This document shows positions 1-12,462 of a stretch of DNA of 64,000 bases, piece by piece; within the stretch, counting starts at the first letter, position 1, and the number at the start of each line of letters is the position of its first letter. The translations under genes were made by a program, and so were the position numbers. Source of the stretch: Oopsacas minuta (taxonomy: Eukaryota > Animalia > Porifera). The DNA lies in NCBI GenBank assembly GCA_024704765.1, contig JAKMXF010000343.1:496001-560000 (forward strand), read 5' to 3'. The notes beneath the pieces are model-generated. The model saw only the letters and a list, made by a program, of their open reading frames with translations. It did not search any database and was not told the DNA's origin.

Positions 1-833
1 ACCATAGCATAATTTAATGTAGCACTTTCAGATTAATTTAATAATGTTTAGTAATATTAAAAAGTTCAAGAAACAACAAATTAATCTCCTAATGTACCTA
101 TGTATTGAATGATTATGAGAGAAATATTTGGTCATTGTGAAGAACGACACAAAACTCTATTATACATACCTACCAACCCTTTGTAACTGTATCCCTTGGA
201 TATCTTCCTCGGAATCCCCGTATTTCTATTTTTCTATACTAATTACAGTAGAGTTTCATTAATACGAACACGGTTAACAGCCACACCGCTTCCTACGGCT
301 ATGCCACTTCATACATACAGGAACCATTATCAATTTGAATAATTACAACGACATCAGTTAGCCTCAACTCTAACCAGAAAACTTTCCCCAAATTGTCGAA
401 TTTAATCAACTGTTGACGTATAATAAATAGTAAGAGTCGTGTTAACTATGTTAAAGTCAAATATACTGAATACATCTTGGTAATGTATCATTAGTAGCAA
501 CGTGTACCTCCTCCATTAACCATTACTAAGGTACATTTTAGGGGTAAACATTTGTTGTAGAAATTTCCCATTTTTCTCCAATAATTAATTGAAATGAATG
601 TATTTTAAGGAAAATTAAATCCTTTTACACCTCACAATGAAAGTACATAAAATTAGATAAGTGTAAATATAGCCTATTGTATTTCAAGCAAGACATAATT
701 CTACCTAGTTTTTGAACTAAAAGTTTTTGGAAATAATTGGAAATTTTGGAATAAAAGTGATTATCTTATAAAAGCAAAATTCTGTTCGAATAATAATCAA
801 AACAACAAAGTTTCCTACAATGAATACTAACAC

Positions 834-1854
834 ATGCTTATATATTGGGATAGCCTACATAAAGAAGATTATACTACAAGTATTTACAGAAAATCACGCA
901 TTAATACAGTTGATTCCAAGAACAACTCTACAACAGACACAGTTATTACAGATGTATTGAGAAAGTATGGTGAACAGTTCTTATCCTACTGCAGAACAGG
1001 AAATATATTCTATCTGAACGCTATTCCCTCTCACATCTCACTCTCATTCTCTACGTCAGAGATAATAAGAACAACTCAGCACTAACTCTATCTGTCATAC
1101 ATCAGGACACAATCACATTACAATATATCATACGCACTTTGTCTGATGCTTCCAACTCAATCTCTTACAATTATCTACAACACTATAATATGAATGGACA
1201 CACAGCTCTACACTTGAGTCTCCTGTTCAAGACAAACAGATGGTGAAGACACTGATAGAGACAGGCTGCGACCCTCTGTTAACAGATGGAGAGGGACATA
1301 ATGCACTACACTATGTAGCTGCTCACAACTTAACTGAGTTTAGTAGTGTCATTTACTCTTCACTCTTGTTCAGACACAAACACATCTACAAGAATGAAAA
1401 CAGCAGCAATAGAACACAAGAAATAGAGCTATCACTTCTTTCACATAAAGACTATGAAGGAATGACTCCAATACATATAGCTACACAACACGGAGTAGTG
1501 TTGATGATAGAATTGTTGTATCCCAATCAATCAATAAGTGAATCAGAGCTAGTAGAGAGTTTAACTGTGTTAACAGGTAAGAGTAAATCTAGTGTACTCC
1601 ATCTGGCCGTGACTACTGGTAATGCTATGCTAGTGGAACATATCTCACAACTGTCTCAATCATTTGGTGATCAGGGATTAATCAATCTACAGGATGGATA
1701 TGGCAACACTGCACTGCATCTAGCTGTTGCTAGTGGTGTATTGGAATGTGTAGAGATTCTCCTTAGTTACGGGAGTTATGTAGATGTATCAAACGATGAA
1801 AGTGACCTCCCTATTGACTATTCTATCTCGAATGAAATCAGTTCTCTATTGTAA
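834..1854 (+). pseudogene. Ankyrin-repeat protein, frameshifted twice as assembled (may be an intact gene with consensus errors)
   Basis: Ankyrin motifs in ORF 1240-1854 (GHNALHYVAA, GMTPIHIATQHG, GNTALHLAVASG). Upstream ankyrin-like text continues in two other frames (1022-1230: DNKNNSALTLSVIHQD...NGHTALHLSLLF; 834-1019: FLSYCRTGNIFYL). One missing base near 1018 and one near 1230 would join all three. 5' end uncertain. Confidence 0.75.
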
Positions 1855-2750
1855 TACTAAATTCTTTTATTTATTGATCTCACTAAAATTATTTATTTTC
1901 TCAATTAGAAAATGTATTGACATTTTCCAATACATGATATTTATATAAAATACAAGTACTTGTAGTGAATATTTGTACATATACTTACCTTCGTCCAATA
2001 TCAATTAATATAAACAAACTAGATATTACATTTTTAGCAGTAGAATGGGGAGATGTGCTAATGGTATGTGCGACGTCCGTTCTTCCTTTGCGCTGCCGTG
2101 CTAAATTTAACATGAAGATTTGTACAGCTATAATTTTTGTTCGGAGATTTGCACCTTGGGTTAGTTGTGTATGATTTGTATTTTTCACACCATTAATCAT
2201 AGTCTAGCTCCCATTCTTTCACCTCAGCGGACTTACGTGTAGCTTTTGTATTCTTGATTTATTTGTTGCCATTTGTTTAGAAATAATATTTAACTATTAC
2301 ATGCACCGTTTTATGCATGTTCAACTTGAGAATACAATGTGACGTCAATGGTGCTAAATTGCAATTACTGTGTGTAATAAGGTAATTATTCGTCAGTTAG
2401 TAGTAACTATAGATGCCAATTGAAGCCAATGGGTGCTAAGGTGATTACAGTGAAGTTAGGTAATTGTTCCTCGGTAAGTATAAGAAACTAGAGCATACTC
2501 TATACGAATATAACTTGGATTAGATCTATAATTATAAATCATACAACTAGTAATATCCCGTTTCAGAATTATAATAGTCTTGGTAATGTAGGGCTATTAT
2601 AGGGTATATGTACCTTCATTTTAAGATATGATTAATTGCTGAATCTTTCATGAAGTTCTATAATTTTGCTCAAAACTATAACAATCAATTAACTCAACAA
2701 CAAAATAGACAGAGTATAAAAGTGAGTGAGACATTAAGATTAGTGGAATA

Positions 2751-4271
2751 ATGGAAGATAAACTGCAGTTAGATACTATATCTCTACTGCTGGTTGAGAA
2801 AGATGGACTTCTGGGAGGCTACAGACCTGAATTGCTCAAGGAGAACATTCCTACACACTTTGAAAACTTCGTCATTTGTAGTAAGTGTGGTGGACTGATG
2901 CGAGAAGCGTGCGAGACAAGTAATCCGCAAATATTTATGTGTGGGGTTTGTGCAGGGAGTGAGCACAAGAATTCTCTCATTCCAAATAATAACATCATCA
3001 TAAATATGATTATTTACTGTCCGTTGAAATGTCGTGGCTGCGAGTGGGAAGGATCAATCTCATCAGCTGATACACATTTAGACACATGTGACTATTTTAA
3101 TCTAGAATGTTCTCTGTCATGTGGTGTTGTTCTCAAGAGGATGGACATGGAAATACATATCACTCAAGAATGTAAACAACGTGAAATTGAATGCGAATAT
3201 TGTAAAGAATACATCAAAGATATAGAGACCTGTTTCCACATATTACAATGTAATAGCTATCCAATACAGTGTGAGAATGGGTGTGGAGAAGAAATGCAGA
3301 GACAACACATGCAGTTTCACAAAGACGATTTATGTCCATATACTTTGATATATTGTGACTACCATAAGTATGGATGTTGTGCTAATATTGAGAGGAATAA
3401 TATTGATACTCACAATAATGACAATAGATTCCAACACATGGAACTGTTTATGCAAACGGGAATTAATAATCTCACCGAAAAGCTAGACAGAGTTAATCAA
3501 GAAAACAGAATAATGAAAGAACAAATTGACTCACTAAAGATGGAAAATCTTGTCAAAGAAAGAACGTTAGTTGCTCTAGCAGATGGGTATGCTTCTCTCA
3601 GACAAGATTTAGACAAAGTGAATAATAATAAAGAAGAAATTAGCAAAAATGTACGAGTTTACCAGGATCAATTTCTGAAACATAGTGTTCGTCCGATGGT
3701 GGAGAGAGTTGATGAACTTGAAAAGTCAAACACTGAGATAAAGACAGAGCTAGCTGATAAAGCTGAAATAAAATCAGTGGAACTTTTAACACAGAGATGT
3801 AGAGACCTGGATTACTTATCATCATTCCAATTCACCAGAAAGTTCATAGTTGAAGGAATATCTGAAGGGGGTCTGAAGATAATATCAGAGAATTGGGAAG
3901 AGACTAAGTACTCTCCAGTCAAAGTATTAAAATTGCAACGAGAAATAATCAGAGATGCTAATGGGGTTGTACTAGTCAGATTCACTGGACTATTCAACAT
4001 AAGGCAACACCGCAATTCTAGAATACGAATTTGTATTGCGCTAAAGACCCAGCCTCATGAATTAATACAGAGTATACATAAATTCACAGTTATACCCAAT
4101 TGGGAGGAAACGAGAAATACTCAAGAGGCGAGTAAGGTTATTAAAAAATTTCAAACCACGCAATATTACGAACTAGCTCATATACCATTAGAAGAGATGA
4201 AAAGTCATTATATTTGTATTAACGATTCTGTTTCAATACAAGTCTACTTCGACTGTGAAGCCTCAATATGA
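2751..4271 (+). CDS. TRAF-like protein: degenerate RING, TRAF-type zinc fingers, coiled coil, divergent beta-rich C-terminus; intronless
   Basis: 506-aa ORF with CSKC...C...CGVC vestigial RING, CPLKCRGCEWEG, repeated C-x3-C-x11/12-H-x3/4-C fingers (CSLSC..H..EC, CENGC..H..LC) and a heptad-rich middle. Confidence 0.85.
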   Translation: MEDKLQLDTISLLLVEKDGLLGGYRPELLKENIPTHFENFVICSKCGGLMREACETSNPQIFMCGVCAGSEHKNSLIPNNNIIINMIIYCPLKCRGCEWEGSISSADTHLDTCDYFNLECSLSCGVVLKRMDMEIHITQECKQREIECEYCKEYIKDIETCFHILQCNSYPIQCENGCGEEMQRQHMQFHKDDLCPYTLIYCDYHKYGCCANIERNNIDTHNNDNRFQHMELFMQTGINNLTEKLDRVNQENRIMKEQIDSLKMENLVKERTLVALADGYASLRQDLDKVNNNKEEISKNVRVYQDQFLKHSVRPMVERVDELEKSNTEIKTELADKAEIKSVELLTQRCRDLDYLSSFQFTRKFIVEGISEGGLKIISENWEETKYSPVKVLKLQREIIRDANGVVLVRFTGLFNIRQHRNSRIRICIALKTQPHELIQSIHKFTVIPNWEETRNTQEASKVIKKFQTTQYYELAHIPLEEMKSHYICINDSVSIQVYFDCEASI

Positions 4272-4993
4272 GGGACTACGTGCATCTCCAAGCAGGTATT
4301 TTCAAGCTTGGAGCATTAATTGATTGCAACTAATATAACAGCTAACAAACTATGAAGATTATCAATATTAGTGATAAATTATTAAACAACAAAATATATA
4401 ATTCGTGATTTGAAAATTCTCACTTTGCCCACAATAGTTATTGCCGTAAGAGGTCGTCTAGTTTGTCAGATTTCCACCGGATAAACTTTCGAGAGATTAT
4501 TACGGTAAGTATGCTTCAACCAACAGAACAATTCAATAGGATAAGTAAGATAGGTCAACATGGCATACGAAGATAATTGCACACAGCAATTATGTAACTA
4601 ACATTCAATGGGCTTAGACACGTATAGTTATAACTTGTAACAGAAATAATTGTGTCAAGTATTAAGGCAGTTAAGAGTATAGGCCAGACAAACAGACATA
4701 CCATAGTTTGTGAACAAGTTCATTAGCAGTAAACAGCCCGTCACATTCAGCTTATAACAGGCACAATTGAATTTGTCAGATTTGAGATGCCATACTATCT
4801 ATGCTAATCCTGAAAATCTGCCCGATTTCTCCAACTGGCTACTCAATGCAATAATAGCCAATATAAAGTATTAGTTGGTTTGTTGAACACTCCTTCATCC
4901 ATGAGATTTACGTTTGTAATGTATATTACATCTGGTAGGATTTGGTTACTACGTGACCGAGCGATAATGAACTAGAATATTTACTGTAATCTA

Positions 4994-6336
4994 CAGGGTG
5001 TCTCAAAAGTTTTTTCACCTTATTCATCAAGCCAGTAAATTGTATTTATTGTAAAGAATCATTAGACTATTTGCCAATGTATTCACCGTTAAGTTCAATA
5101 CAAGAATTAATGCGGTTTGGCATTCCATCGATTAAATTCTGGAGAATCGATGGGCTAATACCACTCCAGATATTTTCCAAGATTTTCGCCAGTTGTTTTA
5201 GATTAGTAGCGGGCTTCCTCTTGTCCAGCTCTGCCTGCATAATGGCCCACAGATTTTCTATAGGATTCAAATCTGGCGAGTTACTAGGCCATATATCTTT
5301 CGCCCAGAATCCTGGTAAATGATCAGAAAGCCACTTCTGTATCTTTATAGCAGTATGAGCAGGGGCTCCATCCAGCATAAAAAAAGTGTCGGATATCTTT
5401 CGATACAATTTCCTCTGAGTCAGGGGCCCTCTCATCTTCTTACGTTTATAGGTAGGGAGACAGCACTTAGCCAGTATTTCATTGATATAATAGTCCGCAT
5501 TCACAGAATGTCTTGGGGAGATTAGATGGAGTTCTGATAGTCCACGATGACTCATCATTCCCCAGACCATTAATCTTGGAGGATTTTTGACCGTTTCGAC
5601 TGGAGTGATATTACGCGAACTGACGTCCCAAACCCGATCATTCTGTGAATTTGTAGGGTGAAAAAGCTCAAAGGGACTTTCATCACTGAAGAAAACTCGC
5701 TCCCAATCAAGTGAAGTCCAAGATTTATGCTCAAGACAGAACTTGACCCTTTTAGACTTCTGTACTTCCGTCAATTTAGGGTTTGATGGCCGTTTATACG
5801 CTTTAGCCCAATAGAATTGTGTAAATAACGGTGAACAGTATCTTTACTAATAGCAACATATTTACTTGAAATATATTTCGCCAATTTCCGAGTTGAATGC
5901 CATCGTTTTCCTATGGATTTTCGAATTATTATTTTTGGGACTCGGGAAAGTTTCGGCGGACGTCCAGAACGAGGCTTGTCATTGAGCATTTCTCCAGCTT
6001 TTTGCTTTTTGTTCCAATTCTTTACGGTTCGAATTGTGACTCCAAGTGTGTCAGCAACTGTTCTTTGACTGGAACCAGCTAGTAGCATACCTATCGATCT
6101 CTCGCGGATGGATAATCTCGTCATTTTGACATCCATAATTTTGAAATTTGATAATTATACAAAGTATCGCAAAATGAATCACAAAATTAAATATTTGATA
6201 CTACTCATGGTTGAGAACATTAATAAACTATAAATTGACAATGCTAAAATAAATGGGTAGGTAGTAAATGAGGTAGACTGATTTCTGTTCAAATATATTG
6301 AAATACTAATGGTGAAAAAACTTTTGAGACACCCTG
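4994..6336 (-). mobile_element. IS630-Tc1-mariner DNA transposon, DD37E type, 1,343 bp
   Basis: Perfect 26-bp TIRs CAGGGTGTCTCAAAAGTTTTTTCACC (4994-5019 and 6311-6336), TA on both sides (4992-93, 6337-38), transposase inside. Confidence 0.95.
5067..6136 (-). pseudogene. Tc1-like transposase split by a single 1-bp deletion near 5802
   Basis: ORF 5771-6136 has the HTH region with SGRP. ORF 5067-5774 has FSDES, DGAPAH and SPDLNPIENLW. Adding one base gives GLKAYKRPSNPKLTEVQ, colinear with the intact paralogue at 27370. Confidence 0.9.
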
Positions 6337-6771
6337 TACATTCTATGGAAATTCAATCCATTAGTACTATTACGCACTTTAGAATAGTAACCTATTCATC
6401 CACCCTATGAAGCTATGATACTAGAAATTAGGCCACTGATGATTCGTCCAGATTTACTATTCACGTCATGTATATTTATCAATAACAAGTCTGATAAAAT
6501 AGAAATCAGACTGTAAGAGTATTTACGTAATTTAGCTATTTATCCGAGTCATAATGCTGATAATAAATATTGGAAGTACACTATGCAGTGATCAAATAAT
6601 CATATATGTAATTACGTAAACAACACATGCTCTTAACCTTTGCTGTTATATTTACGATTGTTATACTTGTTTTGTATATGAACAGTAGGATGTTATGTTA
6701 AAGCTTTTTGGAATATTGTACGTATTCTGAAAAGACGATGTTTACAGAGATGATGTATGCACGTATGTTTG

Positions 6772-6955
6772 AGGGGGCTGTTTAAACGTTAGGTAACGCT
6801 ACGAGGGGAGAGGGGTGGTATAGGAAGTGTGACAGGTGGACAGGCTGTGACAGCCCATTCTTTTTGTATTACAAAACAGTGAAGAAGCGTGACACAGGTA
6901 GGGAGGGGGTCAAATTTTTGCGAATTTTGAGTCATGTAACGTTTGAACGACGCCT
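6772..6955. mobile_element. Degenerate MITE, possibly PIF/Harbinger-like
   Basis: Imperfect terminal inverted repeats (AGGGGGCTGTTTAAACGTTA vs reverse complement AGGCGTCGTTCAAACGTTA) around a GC-richer interior. Confidence 0.4.
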
Positions 6956-7241
6956 TATATGAATATATAAAAAACATTTTGGTGCAAATTTTTCAATTGT
7001 TGTAAATGTGATCAATCAATTCTAGTGGACTCTCTCTTGTTGATCAGTGAAACTTTAGTATTAGCTATGCTGTATTTCTGCATATGTACTTTGACTGGCA
7101 AATCATGATAGGGCATTTTATATGAATAAATATATATCTCATAGATACGTACAATAGTGTTTGGTGTACTTGGTAGATGCATGCAATATATTAAATTAAG
7201 GTCATGTGATCAAGTCTCCTTTTTGGAAAAGTGCAGCAAGT

Positions 7242-8126
7242 TCAAAACATTTGAATACAATTCTCTGAATTGCGAGAAGCAACGATAAATCTGTTTTGAG
7301 AATCTAAAGCTACTCCCACTGGGTCTAGAAGATCTCCTCTTTTATCTCCCTTGCTGCCATACTTATGTAATAAATCTCCTCTGCTGGAGAATATCAATAT
7401 ACAATTAGCAGAATGATCGGTCATAATAATATTACACTCTCTATCTAGACAGAAATAAAATGAGTGTGTAACTTGATTGCCTTTTCCACGAGTAATTATC
7501 TCTTTTAAAAATTGATGATCATAATCATAGAAACGAACACACAGATCGTTTTCTACTAATATGACGATGTATAGCAGTGTAAGCTTCACATCTCTTGGAC
7601 CTTTCATTCCATAAAAAAATGAATTGAATGAAAGATTAAAATTGAGACACTGAATCCGATTGTTTGCCCAGTCACAAATGTAAATTCTTTTATCTAAAGA
7701 AACTGCAATTCCTCTTGGCCAATGAAACTCCAATTCTTTGTTACCTTTCCTTCCAACTGACTTTATGAACACTCCAACAATGGAGTAAATATTTACTGCG
7801 TGGGAATCTCGTTGTGTTACAAGTACGTTGTTAAGATCAATACATATACCATCTGGACCATTTAATTCATCGCTAAATGCAAACAAGAATCGTAACGATT
7901 CGGTAAATATTTGAACACGATCGTTACCGACATCACAAATATATATATTATTAGTTTCCGGGTCAATAGCGATGGAGCGAGGAGAATTAAACTTTCCTGG
8001 AGTTGAAGATCTCAGTCTATTGTGCTCGCCAACTACTAATGAAGGATATTTCTTCTTCTTATAGTTAGATACTTCCTCATTCAATCTCCCAAGTCTGTTC
8101 ACTTCTAATACATTTATACAATCCAT
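7242..8126 (-). CDS. Stand-alone NHL-repeat beta-propeller protein; intronless
   Basis: 294-aa ORF with NHL repeats FNSPRSIAID..IYICDVGNDRVQIF, FHWPRGIAV..IYICDWANNRIQ and LLDPVGVALD. No RING or B-box. Confidence 0.85.
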   Translation of the reverse strand: MDCINVLEVNRLGRLNEEVSNYKKKKYPSLVVGEHNRLRSSTPGKFNSPRSIAIDPETNNIYICDVGNDRVQIFTESLRFLFAFSDELNGPDGICIDLNNVLVTQRDSHAVNIYSIVGVFIKSVGRKGNKELEFHWPRGIAVSLDKRIYICDWANNRIQCLNFNLSFNSFFYGMKGPRDVKLTLLYIVILVENDLCVRFYDYDHQFLKEIITRGKGNQVTHSFYFCLDRECNIIMTDHSANCILIFSSRGDLLHKYGSKGDKRGDLLDPVGVALDSQNRFIVASRNSENCIQMF

Positions 8127-8542
8127 TCTTTTCTAATAAGCGATTGCCTCGTATTGCTATATATAATCACAGGCTCTCAAGGAACTGTGGACACAAGAAT
8201 ATCTCTATTGAATCAGTCTATACCTTTGAAGTCATTGCCTCTAATTGGAGAAAACTAAACATATTTTCTGAATTTGATAAATACAGTGAGTTATTGTGTC
8301 ATTGGATACAGAGAGGTTGAGCCGTGAACTACAGAATTCAAGGTTGAGCTCTTGATTAAGTTTACAAATGAATATAAATTTGATATATTGATTAAAGAGA
8401 TGATATATCGAGATCAGCTCTGCTAGAGCACAGGTTCGCCCATATTAGTTAGTGATCGTGGCCCGTATAATGAGATCACAGAAATTTTCATGAATCAAGT
8501 TAAATTATTCAAATTCAGGTAATCTACAGTCGAAAAAGTAAA

Positions 8543-8615
8543 GGCAGGGGTGGGATTCGAACCCAGATCAGCTTGTTATTAGACAAAGATCTTAAACAAA
8601 TGCACCAATGAAATC
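8543..8615 (-). pseudogene. Degenerate tRNA-like sequence (pseudo-tRNA or SINE head)
   Basis: Minus strand has a Pol III B-box GGTTCGAATCC (8553-8563), an A-box-like TTGGTGCATTTG and a CTAATAA loop-like segment. The stems do not pair well. Confidence 0.4.
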
Positions 8616-8984
8616 AATGTCAACAACAACTAAATGCGATATAAAAGCTCAGGTTCACAGTAAAATAGCAAGAAACACACATAAATACAATTAGGCATAA
8701 TCAACCAATCAATTTCCCAGTGATAGGCCAACCAATGCTGCCTACTTGGACAGAGGATTCGTACATGACAAACAATCGATAATAATAACATTAGCAATAC
8801 ATACATTCAGAGGAGTAGCCGGGGTTAACCACTTGTACACATCACCAGGGAATAATATTCTCTACTCACTGAAACAATTTTCACTGAGAAATCAACCTGG
8901 AAATACACAACAAATGATAGAGCTTATGTGAGTTATCTGAAAAATAGGTGAAATAACAAAGATTCAGAATAATACAATAGTTTA

Positions 8985-9671
8985 CTAAATAACTCGCTGC
9001 AAGATAAAATAGTAGCCATCCTTATCGGTTTTTCCCACCAAAGTGTTGATTTCCAAACTGAGTTGTTTCAATTTCCCTTCCTTTTGTAGAGATTCGCATT
9101 TAGTTTTATATCCTAATGCTTCGTTATCATAAAATTCAGTACGTATAGTAAAGCTCAATATTCCTCCTGGCTTCATTCACCCAATACTTTATCAATTGCT
9201 TGTGATTCAACTTAACCTGGGTAGAAAACTCCTATGCAAATAACTGCATTAAATTGTCCTTCAAATTCATCCAGAGAATCTTCATTGAGGTCTTTTTGAA
9301 CAACAGCTTTGTATATTCCTTTCTTCTTCGCTTGCTCAAGCATTGACACACTGAGGTCAATTGCAGTCATATTGATATATCCAGCACTCTTCAGTAGTTC
9401 TCCACACATACCAGTACCTGCACCTAAATCGAGAATGTTACATTCCTTGCTATACATCTGTTCCATATGTTTACAAATATTCCGGTACCAATTGAGGGGC
9501 CTTTGTATTCTAACTTTGTAGCCCACTACTCGTACTCTTTAACTTCATCGCGATAAGCATCATGAACTTACCCCTGCGTTCCTTTGGGTGTAATATCCAA
9601 GAAGTAAGTTGAGAAGAACGTTCACTTTCTGATAACAAACCATCAAGTTTTGGAAAACTTGCATTTGCCAT
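8985..9671 (-). pseudogene. Class I SAM-dependent methyltransferase (METTL27/WBSCR27-like), copy A, inactivated
   Basis: Colinear with 20523-21212 (ILDLGAGTG, KPGG) but has several in-frame stops (e.g. Q codon to TAA after VFYPG) and 1-bp frameshifts. Confidence 0.9.
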
Positions 9672-11781
9672 GGGACACAATCTATAAATAATATGTACAT
9701 ACAAATTTTCAGGAAAGGGCAAAATATGGTTGTTATCAGATTTGCCTTTAAACTGGCGGGAGTATTAGATTTGTGTACAGATATATTTGTACACAAACGT
9801 CTCCGTACGGCTTCTGGCTATATTTTATCAGTTTTTTATTCTTAGAGAATCCAGATTAGGAATTTTTTGTATTATGGTGAAGTTTAAGCTCACTCAGGTT
9901 ACTCAAGGTCCAGCTGGGCACGTGGCCGCCCACAATAACCCTGAGCTGCCCCTATTGTCTGACTCATACATTTGAATAGGTTCTAGCGCAACATGAGCCT
10001 AGTCAGCCTACCTATACAGTAATTACTATATATATATATTCCATAGCTACCCCTTAACATAAGATGGCTTTCTTACAAATTATCATCCAAGTGTGATACG
10101 CAATGAGTAGGCAAAAGTAGATAAAAACGAAGACGATAAGTGCGAAAAATATTCATGCGTTGCTTTTTAAACGAGTTGACCCAAAAAAGGACGAGTTATA
10201 TATATATTAGGCAGATTCGACTGTTCCTGTTCAAAAATATACAGTAACACCTACAACTCGCTACGAGAAGAACACCCAAAATTGAAAAATGATGGACAAA
10301 ATGCCTAAGATTTACCAATAAAATCCGAATATTCTAGAAATATGAAAGATAAGTATTGTAAATTTGTTGTGTTTAGAAGCGTCCTCTGTCTAGTAATGCC
10401 AAAATGGAAAATCTAAGATTACAATCTGTGCTGATGGTTTTGCCTTTTAGTCAAATTGTATTTAATGGCATCTTAATGATGCTGCTATGAAAGGTTCAAT
10501 TAAATCCAACACTCATAGTATCTACAATTAATACTGCCATTATATACAAACTAAACTAATAGACAATGCTGTTGGCATAGATTGTCATTGTATCGGTTTA
10601 CTAAATTTCATTAAAACAAGCGAATACTGGAAGAGATTTGAATCGAAAACAACTCTGTATAGCTTAAACTGGTAATCAACAGTCAAAAATTATATTTGTG
10701 GGTTCTTGGTTCTATTATTATGAGTATTTCTTGATTTCTTTCCCAAAATTGACAGTTTCTGCTATACAGAGATCTCTCCGTTTGTATATGTGACAAAAAT
10801 AATCGATTATTCTCAAATATCCTCAATTTATTGATATTCACTTCTTGAAGAGTACTAAGGTGTAGAATCATTTTTGACAGGTGGTAAATTGTGTCCTATG
10901 GTCTCAGATCAACTAACGAAGGTCTGAATACAAATGCTCAGGCTATAGAACTTCATCTGAATTTTGAGTTATGTTTTTGCTCATAGTATTCAGTCTATAA
11001 TAACTAATACAATATATGTGGGGAAAAATAAAAAGTGACACAGTGTGATAATTATAAGTGAGATAAATAATCGTGAACCTCAGTGCACACCCGACGGTAA
11101 TTGTTCACGTAACCTGAATGTTTAAGCGTTTAATCTCTACGTAATAGTATTGTCCGTACATTATCTATACTGAAGAATTTGTTGAAAGGAAACCATTCTT
11201 GTATTGGAGATAAGAAAATTTAGAGGAGCGACTCCTGGAAGTGATACAAAATACAACTAACAAGGTATATTATAAAGAAGGTAACTTTTTCACAAATAAG
11301 AAACCATACAAGATGCACTTATGATTTCGAATCAAAACTGAAATGTTTAATCCATGGAAATTTTGATGAAAAATATCTTTTAGGTGTCCAAATTTTGAAA
11401 ATCCAATAATTATCAAAATTTCACTCTTTTTTATACAAAATTCATGAGGAAATATTTCGCGATAGCTGACAGCCCAATCATGGTATGTAGTATATTATAC
11501 ATGTATTTTGGTTTTATAGGAGTTCTGATCGTGACCGTTTTTGATGTAACTTTTTGACCTGTCCTCCTATGTAGTAAAGTTGGCACACACGTATATTACG
11601 GTAACCCCAACACTAACACACATTCAGAGAAATAATATAATATAGGTTAACATAAGCAATAGGTTGAAAGTTAAATATAGGTCAAGATAAAAAATTAGAA
11701 TAATTATAAATACTCCTAAAAATAGCTATAATACATAAATTCTAAACTTCGAAATACTAAATTCGTGAGAACTTTACTCTA

Positions 11782-12462
11782 TCAAACCTTCTGGAGGGTT
11801 AGATAGTAGGCATCCTTATCGATTTTACCTATTAAAGTGTCAATCTCTGAGCTGAGTTGTTTCAATTTCCCTTCCTTTTGTAGAGATTCGCATTTAGTTT
11901 TATATCCTAATGCTTCGTTATCATAAAATTCAGTACGTATAGTAAAGCTCAATATTCCTCCTGGCTTCATTACACCCAATATCTTATCAATTGCTTGTGG
12001 TTCAACTTGACCTGGGAAAAATACTCCTATACAAATAACTGCATTAAATTGTCCTTCAAATTCATCTAGAGAATCTTCATTGAGGTCTTTTTGAACAACA
12101 GCTTTGTATATTCCTTTCTTCTTCGCTTGCTCAAGCATTGACACACTGAGGTCAATTGCAGTCATATTGATATATCCAGCACTCTTCAGTAGTTCTCCAC
12201 AGATACCAGTACCTGCACCTAAATCGAGAATGTTGCATTCCTTGCTAAACATCTGTTCCAGAAATTTTATGAATATTCTGGTACCAATTGTAGGACCTCT
12301 GTATTCTAACTTTGTAGTAATATCCTCGTACTCTTTAGCTCCATCACTGTATCTATCGACTATTGTATTTTCCTCATGGTAGAGAATCCAAGATAATAAT
12401 TTTGAAGACTTTTCACTTTCTGAGAATAGTCCATCTATTTTCGGGAAGTTTGTGTCTGCCAG
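11782..12462 (-). CDS. METTL27/WBSCR27-like methyltransferase, copy B; frame is open but has CTG where the paralogues have ATG
   Basis: The frame stays open upstream of the annotated Met (12252) to CTG GCA GAC ACA AAC TTC (LADTNFPKIDGLFSESEKSS), matching MANVDFPKLDGLLSESERSS of copy C. Confidence 0.8.
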   Translation of the reverse strand: MADTNFPKIDGLFSESEKSSKLLSWILYHEENTIVDRYSDGAKEYEDITTKLEYRGPTIGTRIFIKFLEQMFSKECNILDLGAGTGICGELLKSAGYINMTAIDLSVSMLEQAKKKGIYKAVVQKDLNEDSLDEFEGQFNAVICIGVFFPGQVEPQAIDKILGVMKPGGILSFTIRTEFYDNEALGYKTKCESLQKEGKLKQLSSEIDTLIGKIDKDAYYLTLQKV

